From Phycisphaerales bacterium (lineage in GTDB: Bacteria > Planctomycetota > Phycisphaerae > WQYP01): a DNA stretch of 64,000 bases. Made by a program: the position numbers and the translations under genes. Below the pieces are notes generated by a model that worked only from the letters and a program-made list of their open reading frames with translations, did no database searches and was not told the origin of the DNA. Of the stretch, positions 39,241 through 48,300 are shown piece after piece (the stretch's first letter is position 1; each line of letters opens with the position of its first letter). The DNA lies in contig DAIDJN010000084.1 in assembly GCA_027451365.1 (NCBI GenBank), positions 62,869 to 126,868 of the forward strand, in the 5' to 3' direction.

Positions 39241-40695
39241 TGTTTCAATAGAAATGTCACCCCCTTGTTTCAATAGAAGTGTCACCCCACGGGCTGGACA
39301 GAATATACCGGTCCGATGGAAAAACTTTTAATGAGTCGTCGAGAACGACCTTGGCTGGAGCTATTCAGTCGCGTCAAACAGGGGTTGATAAGCGTGGTGG
39401 AAGCCGGGCTTTATTTGGCGGTAAGTGAGCGTCAGGCGCGGCGGATGTGGAAGCGGTTTAAGCAGGATGGCGACGGCGGTTTGATTCACGGTTTACGTGG
39501 AAGAACAGGTAATGCTTCCAACGAAGCGTTACGGAAAAAGTTTCTGTCTCGGAGTCTGGTAGAATGCCCAAATTATGGCCCTGCGCATAGGGGTGGGAAA
39601 TTGGCGGAAGGCGGCCTGGTGGCTTCGCGGATTTCCGCGTGGCGCGGGATGAAGGCGGATAGCCGCGCTGTAACACATCGGCGGGTGTCAGCGCATCGGA
39701 ACCGTCGCGTCCGACAGGCGCAGGTTGGATCGTTGGTTCAGATGGATGGCAGCACGCACCATTGGTTCGGTCGGGCGTATTCGGCGTGCGTTCTGTTCGT
39801 GATGATTGATGGTGCCAGCGGCCGTGTATGGGCGCGGTTTTATGCGTCGGAAGATATGGCATCGGCATTTGATCTTTCCGGGAGCTATGTCCGGCGGTAT
39901 GGATTGCCGCAGGAGTTGTATGTGGACCGGGATTCGATCCACCGTGTCAACGATGAGGACCTTCGCCAAAGGTGCGTGGAAACAGGGCAGAAAACGCCGC
40001 TGACGCAATTTGGTCGTGCGATGGAACAACTGGGCGTTGGAATGATCTTTGCCCATAGCCCGCAGGCCAAGGGACGTGTTGAGCGGATGGACCGGACGTT
40101 GCAGGATCGTCTGGTCAAAGAGTTGGCAGCGGCCAGGATCACGGACATTACCAGAGCCAATAGGTATCTGGAAAAGATTTTTCTCCGCTCCTTGTACCGT
40201 GCCACCGGGGTGAAGCCATCCTCGCCGGTCGACCATCACGGCGAGTTGGGAGGGAGGTGAAACTGGCAGAGATTTTGTGCCGGCAGGAATATGGGGGCGT
40301 AGGAAGAGACTGGTGTGTCCATATTGGCGGACGCATTCTTCAGATCGATAAGAAGCATGGTTCTCTGGCATTGGCGGGCCGGAGAATCCAACTGGCGATT
40401 CGTGCGGATTTGACAATCCACATGACGTACAAAAAAGCCACGCTGATCTGGCGTGGGGTACCGCAGCGGCCGGCCAAAGCGCTGGACAAATACACTCAAA
40501 GCGCTCTGCAGAAAGCCACAGCGTCCAGGTCCCAATCACCCTTGGCGGCGGGGTATGTAAAGGGCGTTCCCGGCGGGCGTTGTCGGCGGCGAAATCAAGC
40601 CCGCTCCGCTCCGGGGCGGTTCGCTGCGCTCACCGCCCCTACGCTGCACAGGCTTGACTTCGCCCCCCCCATGGGGTGACATTTCTATTGAAACA
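39241..40695 (+). mobile_element. IS element, IS1202/ISNCY-like, degenerate
   Basis: Perfect 23-bp terminal IRs TGTTTCAATAGAAATGTCACCCC (39241-39263 / 40673-40695); second IR copy at 39266-39288; internal DDE transposase. Confidence 0.88.
39316..40679 (+). pseudogene. frameshifted DDE transposase
   Basis: HTH N-terminus, QMDGS.H.W, YVDRDS, AHSPQAKGRVER...TLQDRL; reading frame breaks at ~40240-40260 (continues as LAEILC..E..VGRD). Confidence 0.8.
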
Positions 40696-40905
40696 GTACC
40701 CCTCGCGCCATGGGTATTGGCAGAACTGCTCGTAAAGGCTAAGGTATTACTAAGTACGCATTGATAAACTACGGCGAGCCGCCGATTTGAGAATGGACAC
40801 GACAATTTGATCAGAATTTAAATATAAATGTCAATTTAAGGTATTCATATTATGAATAAACGCCGTCAGTATCTGAACCAGACAACCCCGCGAATACAGC
40901 CGTGC

Positions 40906-42618
40906 ATGTCTCTTACCCCCCCCACGCGGCGGGCATTTTTACGACAATCTGTGCTGGCGGCGGCCGCGGCAGCAGTAGCGCCGGCCTTCGCATCCATCAA
41001 GGCCGACAGTTCGCCGCGCGTGCCTGCGTCTGCGGCTGCCCGCAACGCCGCACCCCAAGCCGGCAGAATTTTGAGCGCGGGCATAGGTGGCTATCGGTTT
41101 GTGCCACATAGTCGCGCGCCCGAGTCGTTCAATGCCGGCTTCTCCTTATATTCGGCCGCCTGGCCACTGATAGCGAAGTATCCGGGGCATCGGTTTCAAA
41201 GCGGACTTTTCGGCACCTGGTTGAGCCGGCAATATGACGGTGCTCCTCCCGCCCATCTCTATTCCGATATCGAGGGCGGTCTGGGCTGGTGGACCGACAC
41301 GCGATTTCCCACTGAAACTCCAAAGTTCATCATGGGCGGCGTGGGGCCAAATTTCAGCGAGATCGCGAACGGTCCGGCCCATGGTGCCGGCGATTGGGAC
41401 CATCCACGCGGCCTCTACGGCGTCGCCCAGCTCAGCCCCTGGCTCCTTTTCCCCATTGACGGACTCAACCTTCGCCAAGGTACCTGCGGACAGCTTTTCG
41501 GCTACGGCTATTTCGCGTTGCCGCTTACGCCCGCCAAGGCCACCACCGACGGGGCCAATGTCCCCACCGGCGATCATTCCTGGACGTTGTTTCTCAGTAC
41601 GAAGAATTTCAAAGGTCCCGTCGCCTTTTTCACGCCTTACTTCTGGTCGCACGCCACCGTGAATAAACCCCAATGGGCTGGCAAGTTGCTCGACTCGCGA
41701 CCGGGGCAGCCCAACAAGCCGATACAAATGGAGACGGCCTTTGTGCCAGCCGCAGTATTTCAAGGCACAAAAGGGGAATCTTACTTGCGAACCGCGTCGG
41801 TTTTATTCCCCATCGATGCGGATGGCAATTCCGTGCTGGTACATCGCAGCACCGTTTACAACAAGAGCGCCCTCTGGAACGATGTGCAAAAATGGTTTGA
41901 CGGCGGCCCAGAGGTTAGCGGCTCGATCCATCCCCAGTCCGCAGTGGTGCAGAAAGTCCATGATGGCGGCGCAGGATGGCATTATTGGCCTCCGAATCGA
42001 GGGGCTCAACAAGTCCCGTTAATACTAAACGCCTTGACTACGCCGTTCTCGCCCGATCCACTGACCTTCGGTTACCGGTGGAATCATGAGTTGACTCGCA
42101 TCACGACTGCTGACGGTTCGCTTGTGAAACTGCCCGATTATTTTCACCTCACCACCAATGCCAAACACAAACCGGAGTGGACTCCCGTGTCGCGGAACGA
42201 TCTACCCGCGTTAGCCAATCTCGCCAGCGTGAATTTTGATCATCCCTCCCAGCCTGCGCCGCAGGCCTACACAACACCCGATGACCCAAATAGCTGCTGG
42301 AAGAAACCCGGCCCTGTTGCCGGCCCGTTCAAGGCACAACTAGGCGATGGCAGTGTTGTGACCTATTACTGGTATCGTTTCGCCGATCAACCGGCGTTGC
42401 TTAACGCCGGCCTCACTGATGAAGAACGCTCGCAACTTCAGACGCGGGTAGAAAAGATTCATCGCTCCTGGCCGAAGGATCGCAATTACTTCGCCCCGCC
42501 CACGATTGGAACGCTCTGCGATCTGGACCCCGCACTTCTTGTCACCCCGCCCAAGGGAATGGAAGTCGGTTACGTGCCCATCGCAACCCGCCAGGAACGA
42601 ACCAGTCAACACAGATAG
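40906..42618 (+). CDS. Tat-exported hypothetical protein
   Basis: TRRAFL plus hydrophobic AxA signal; long W/G/P-rich globular sequence. Confidence 0.75.
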   Translation: MSLTPPTRRAFLRQSVLAAAAAAVAPAFASIKADSSPRVPASAAARNAAPQAGRILSAGIGGYRFVPHSRAPESFNAGFSLYSAAWPLIAKYPGHRFQSGLFGTWLSRQYDGAPPAHLYSDIEGGLGWWTDTRFPTETPKFIMGGVGPNFSEIANGPAHGAGDWDHPRGLYGVAQLSPWLLFPIDGLNLRQGTCGQLFGYGYFALPLTPAKATTDGANVPTGDHSWTLFLSTKNFKGPVAFFTPYFWSHATVNKPQWAGKLLDSRPGQPNKPIQMETAFVPAAVFQGTKGESYLRTASVLFPIDADGNSVLVHRSTVYNKSALWNDVQKWFDGGPEVSGSIHPQSAVVQKVHDGGAGWHYWPPNRGAQQVPLILNALTTPFSPDPLTFGYRWNHELTRITTADGSLVKLPDYFHLTTNAKHKPEWTPVSRNDLPALANLASVNFDHPSQPAPQAYTTPDDPNSCWKKPGPVAGPFKAQLGDGSVVTYYWYRFADQPALLNAGLTDEERSQLQTRVEKIHRSWPKDRNYFAPPTIGTLCDLDPALLVTPPKGMEVGYVPIATRQERTSQHR

Positions 42619-43478
42619 CTTAACTCCGGCTCTGTCCAGCCCCGATTTATGAATCCACTTGTACCCAGGAGTTTGGAATGTCATAACATGTGTACATATA
42701 ACACTATTTTACCGTTGGTTGGTCACACGGAATCCTCGGATAAATTGCCTTTGAACTGCGTCGCGATTAAAAGGAAGAGAGTTGCAAGCCGCGTGGGGAT
42801 TCGGACGCGGGTTAGGCGCATCTGGCAGCTTGGCGGTTAAGTGAAAAAATAAAATCTCCCGGGAACCGCGGAGAACAATTTTTGTATCGCCTTTTTTCCG
42901 GGCATACCTTTGGGATGGCTGGCTAAAACACCGTGGGAGTCAGGCGTCACGCCCGAAAAGAAACAGCGAGGGCCGCGCTCACCGCCCAGGGCGCTGGGTA
43001 TCGCATAACCAGAAGCCATTGATCATCACCACGAAACAAAGGCACGCCGAAATAAACCAATCCACAGATTCCACAGATTATGTTTCCATTCGCAAATTGG
43101 CGGGAGTTCTATTTTTCTGTTCATAGATCGTCATGTATGGTAAAAGACCACAGTGAAGGCGGATAAACTTTCATACCAGAATACGCCACCAATATCCCGT
43201 CAGAAGGCACGGAATCAGCAACTAAATTCAGTGAAACACATGCCGCAGACCAGATCACGGCGGGGGGGGCGGGCGTCTGGCCTGAAAAGAAGCCGCCAGG
43301 ATGGCCCTCACCCAGCAATAAAGCCTTCAAATTTTGGCCGTCGGAGGTATAGAATATGTAAATTGATAACTGGCCGGTTTTGCCCGCCCGCTGACAGTGT
43401 AATTCGTATTTGAGCCGCCATCATCTATCATCTGAAACTCCCACGCGTTTCCATCGCAAAGAGGTTTATCTATTACCA

Positions 43479-44147
43479 TTAACAGCTCTGCCGCAGATCG
43501 AGCGTGAAAATGGACGATTCATCGCCACTTAGCCACCCCAAGTTAAGCGCATCCCCATCATGGAAGCCGGCGCACACCTCGACGCGACCAGAAAGGTGGT
43601 GTGTCTTATTATTCCATTTCGCGGCGCGAATGGCGTCTGGAATCACACAGATACAATAGGCAAGACCAAGCGGGTATTCCGCGTCGTTCGCCAATCCTGT
43701 TTCCTCGTTCTGATAGGCGATTTGATAAAAGGCATCGAGCAGTTCGGACTCGTAATCTCCCAATGTTATTCCCGCTAACGATTGGTCCTCCGATGACGCG
43801 GCAAAAGCTTTCCAGGCATCCAACCCAGGAAACGCTCTCAATAGCGCCCCACACTCAATCCCAAGCGTTGCAACTTCCCCGCGGCAAGGATTGTTGAGGC
43901 CAAAATAAAACGCGTGTACAGTATCTTTAAGACGTCTGGAGATAAGGGAACGGCTCAGCCAAGCGGCCAACCGCAATGGCTCGCCCTCCCAATCCAAACC
44001 GGCCAGTCTTGGCCAATCCCGGTGCGCATGCAACTTCCCAAACCGCGAAATTGCGAATTGTATCCGCTGTCCGGTCGTTTTACCGTCCTTATCCATCTTG
44101 GCAAGGTCATGCCAGATTTTTGTCAACTTGGAATGGTCCACAGGCAC
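43479..44147 (-). CDS. hypothetical protein, putative immunity protein
   Basis: Strong AAAAGGAG RBS; directly downstream of the AHH tip; no signal peptide. Confidence 0.6.
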   Translation of the reverse strand: MPVDHSKLTKIWHDLAKMDKDGKTTGQRIQFAISRFGKLHAHRDWPRLAGLDWEGEPLRLAAWLSRSLISRRLKDTVHAFYFGLNNPCRGEVATLGIECGALLRAFPGLDAWKAFAASSEDQSLAGITLGDYESELLDAFYQIAYQNEETGLANDAEYPLGLAYCICVIPDAIRAAKWNNKTHHLSGRVEVCAGFHDGDALNLGWLSGDESSIFTLDLRQSC

Positions 44148-44207
44148 AACTCCTTTTCCGCCCGGAAAGCCACAGTCGCTTGCTCCGGGTGCGGAAATTA
44201 AATTCCA

Positions 44208-44609
44208 CTATTTTGCGATCGGCTTCGTCACCAAGTCGCGCATGGCATTTCCCACCGTGTTCAATTGCTCGCATATCAGGTTCAGCAGGGACTGGAGGAA
44301 TTGCCCCATCTGCGACTCGCTCCAGATTTCGACCTGCTGCCGGCCGACGCATTGCGATATCTGCCCGTCAATCCATCGGTGGTACGCTTCGGGATATGGC
44401 CCCGAGTGCTTGCGATTATCTCCAAGGCCGCAAATGCGGCAAATATTAGCCTTCCCTGAAAGCGCCATTCCGGCCCGCTGGAACTGGCGATGAAAAATGG
44501 GCGTCCAGGTTGTGTCGTGCTTATCCGTTGCAATGTGGTGATTTTGACACGGCCCCTTTTGGCAAGGCCGCTTTCTCCGCAACGCTGCCGCCCCAAGGGA
44601 CATCACCAT
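44208..44609 (-). pseudogene. orphan AHH-family (HNH/EndoVII) nuclease toxin C-terminal domain
   Basis: HHIATDK..WTPIF...F.RAGM.L...AN....HSGPYPEAYH....LVTK resembles recalled AHH domains; no delivery domain, upstream in-frame TGA. Confidence 0.65.
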
Positions 44610-44767
44610 TCGCTGGGCCGCTGCACCAGCCTCTCAAATCTCAATTATTATGGATATCAACCGTCTCACAATCCGTTGGACCGGGACAAACGTCTGCAGC
44701 GGCCGCGTGGAAACTGCGAGCAGCAATTCTTCGGTTTGTTTCAGCTGCGGCCGCCATCCTCATCGCT

Positions 44768-45316
44768 TCACCTGTGCGCGTGCGCAATGAGCTTCTCAAT
44801 TTTTGCCGCGACTTTCTTCACCAGCGGATCAGAAACGCCGGCCACCGAGGCCGATTCGAGCCCCTTTGGCATGAATGGCACCCCTAGACTGCCGGTCAAG
44901 CACCAACGTTGCCGATGCTGATCGAATGTCATGCATACCAGAAAGGTGCCGGACGAATAGGCCGAAATCGGCCCTTGCAAATAACAGTCACCCGCAGATG
45001 GGTAAACGTCGAGGCGCATAACGGAGTTTACCGTTTTCTGTGTGGCCAATACGGCCAAAACATGTACCTGCACTGGCCCGTGAAAGGTGCCAATTAGGGG
45101 GTTTTTAAATTGTCTTGGCTTTCGCTGCTGCGCTGAGTCGGCGGTTATCCTTACGACCGCGACGGCCGAGTATCGCCAAAATCGCGCCGAGGTGGCGCGG
45201 ATTACGGGGACGGCGGCATCACACCGGCGAAAGGCAAGCCCGTTAAAACTCGCGACAACCATAATCGCCGCGACAATTAGGCGAAACGGCAAGCACCGCC
45301 TACGGAGCGATCTCAT
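44768..45316 (-). CDS. small exported hypothetical protein coupled to the giant gene
   Basis: ATGA overlap at 45313-45316; basic plus hydrophobic N-terminal signal. Confidence 0.6.
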   Translation of the reverse strand: MRSLRRRCLPFRLIVAAIMVVASFNGLAFRRCDAAVPVIRATSARFWRYSAVAVVRITADSAQQRKPRQFKNPLIGTFHGPVQVHVLAVLATQKTVNSVMRLDVYPSAGDCYLQGPISAYSSGTFLVCMTFDQHRQRWCLTGSLGVPFMPKGLESASVAGVSDPLVKKVAAKIEKLIAHAHR

Positions 45317-48300
45317 AGGCGCACCTCATCAGGGTTCAGGAAGGTTCCGGACACGGCCCGACGGGCGAAGGGGTGATTCCACCGCCTCGCAGCAAATAGC
45401 CCATTGAAACCGTCGGAGGAAACAATTGTCAATTTAACGGGGACGTCGCCACCGGCGGCCCGGAAGGCCAAACGCACCGATGAAATGTCATTTCGTTCGT
45501 ATGCCCGTAATTGTGGCGAACGTGGATTGGTGAAATCCACAGAGGATCGCCCATTCTCCGAAGTCCCACCTCGTACGTCTGAAACGCTGGCCGGCGGATA
45601 TATGGGCAATCGATCGGCGGAATGCCACGCCATGCTCGGGGCCTGCGCGGCCGCTCGGGCGGCGAAGGATTCCCCGCCGTCCGCCGTCCGAAGCAGATCA
45701 TTAAATGATGAGCCGGCTGTCACAGGCGCATCCTCGGTTGTTGGCTGCGTCCACGAATCGAAGCCTATGACACCTGCCGCGGCACCAGCAGCCCACGTTG
45801 CGGTGCCATTGCCGGGATCCACGGTCACGATGCCGCTGCCGTTGAAAGACCAACTCCCCACGGCCTCTGGAGCGTATACGTTCTCGTCGTTTAACGTCTG
45901 GGCAGCAACGTAAAGATTAAAATCGAATTCAAGCACCATGGAGGTGAGCGCGTGCGCATTGGTGGCCTCCCAAGCCATCAATTGATCAGAATAGACGGGC
46001 GGGCCATCCGCCGGGGTGTCTCCTTCCGAAATGGCCATCGTGTAGCCATCGGCAGCGTTAACTGTGTAGGTGTATCCGTCGTACCAAGGTGCCTTCCCGC
46101 CTGGCTGAATGTCGTAATCGACAACTGGCGCGCCTGGAGTAATGTGACCATCCAGGGAACTCTTGAGGACCTTTCCATCGGCGTAATATCCATCATTTTG
46201 AAAGGCGGTTCCATTCTGAATGAATCCAAACTGTATCTGTGAAATACCCCAGTTGTTATCCGCACCAGTGCCCGTAAGCGTAACCTGCGCGTGCCAAAGA
46301 ATACCTGGTGCGGTTATGTGATTGGCACTGGACGCGACTACCTTACGCAGGACATTATTCCCGTCTAGGAAAGTACCCGCGTCAACTGGCGCGCCCGGCG
46401 TGCTGGCCTGTGCTCCCTGTGGCGCGGCAACCTTTACCTGCACAACGTTCACATTCCACTGCCCCATGAATCCTGCAACCGGGCTGTAGTTCACTTCACC
46501 AATTTCCGGCCCATTGCTCCACACCACTCCAATGTTGTCCGGATTGGATTGCGCCACCGGAACATCGGCTGAATTCGGAACGTCCCAGCTGGCGCTATCA
46601 GGATTAACTCCCGAGGGAAGTTGGACCGAATAGACATATTCGCCGTTCCCCGGCACATTCTGTGGACCGGTGATCTGCCAGACATTGTAATAAACCATAT
46701 CAAGCAGTTGGGCCGCAGCGCCGGCGTTCGGCTGCCAGTTCAACGCGATCGCCCCTTCGCCAGGCAGGATTCCTTCAACGTAAATTGTCTCTGTCTTGGT
46801 CGCGTCAAACGTATAGGTACTTGTAACCTGTGTGGTTTTCTCGTTATCCAGCCAAAGTTGCAGCCCGTCTGTGGTGGTCAGTGTGTAAATTCCACCCTGC
46901 GTCGTGGGATTCACCGCGTTGATTTGCAATTCCTGCAACGCCGGATCGGCAACCGTCAGTTTTGTCTGACTATACGCAGGCTCAAGGCTGTTACCGTTAA
47001 GCCGGTAATCGTAGTCATTGCTGTTCAGAAGCAGGTATCCGCCCTGGTCGATATTCTCCGCCGCTGTTTGATTGAACACCGCGCCATTGGCACCCGGCGC
47101 ATTTTCAATTTCGTTGATGGTGCCTTTGGGGGTATTATCATTCTGATTCGGATTCGACCCCAATTCACCATAATTGTTGTTCACACCCAGGCTATTGCTG
47201 GTCAATGACGGCATCAGCAATACGCCTGATGCACCGAATGTCCCGCTTCCGGCTGTTGCCCCACTGAAATTCCCAATCACATAACTGGTGTCCAACTGCG
47301 GCACATCCACCGTTCCGGAAAGCTGCGTCAGCATTGCATTCTGCCACGATGGGGCATTCACAGTGGCATTGGTGGAGCTTAAAGATACGTTGGTTTCCAG
47401 ATTGCTGGCAATCGGCCCCAAACCCGGTGCCTGGGCAAAATAATTGGCCCAGCTTGCCGTGGTTCCCGTGGTCATGGATACCGCCTGGCTGTAGGCCGAA
47501 GCGCCATTGGCATTCACCGCTTGTACCCGAAACAGATAGGCGGTATTTGCTGTAAGATTATCCGGCAGATAGGTGTCGGTCGTCGCACTGCCGCCACTGG
47601 CAGCCAATTGCCAGGTCTGGCCGTTGTCCGTAGATTCCTCGACGTTAAATGAAGTCACGCCGTTCATAGGTGCCCATGTTACCCGGCCATCGTTGGCGGA
47701 GAAAGCCTCCGCTTGAAGATAATAAGGCGTCTCTGGTGTGACCGTCTGGCTGGCGATGGCACCAACCGATACATTACTGAACACGGCCGTGGAAGGATTC
47801 GGCGAACTCGAGTCCACCGCCAAGCCCACCACCGGCACGGCCCCCAGCGTGATGGCAACCTGTCCGACTTGCGACCAGTTGATGTCATCCGTTGAGATAT
47901 ACCCGGTTGCCGTGCCGTTATTTATCGTAAGCCTCAGCCATTCCGGCCCATTGGTCAGGCTGTAGGCACTGTCGTAGCCGGGGTCGGTGGCATTGTCGCC
48001 AGCAGCCGTGCGGGCAAGCATCATCACACCCTGCCCCGGCGTGATAAATATCCCCGCGAAAACCGCCGCCGAGTCGCCTCCCGCTCGCATCATTAATCCC
48101 GCCTTGGCCCAGGGATCGGTATTGGTCTGGCTGCTAATTTCTGCGGTGATTTGCTGGCTGGTCCCCAGCGATTGGTAAATGGTATCAAAGCTATCCGTCG
48201 TGCCGCCAACGTAGTAATACGAATCCGTATTGGCTGCGATGGTGCCATCGCCCACAATTGTGTAGGTGCCGCTGCTGATGGTTGGCGTATTACTGACCGC

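Noticed and set aside
39150..40860. dif-like (xrs) target beside the IS1202-like element
   Set aside because: Candidates near 39161 and 40834 lack the 11-6-11 spacing and a good XerD arm
43062..43079. CCACAGATT tandem 9-mer as CRISPR or repeat array
   Set aside because: Only two copies and no spacers; no CRISPR array or cas gene seen in the window
42620..43470. Short ORFs between the Tat gene and the putative immunity gene
   Set aside because: No RBS or recognisable domain; likely intergenic DNA or remnants
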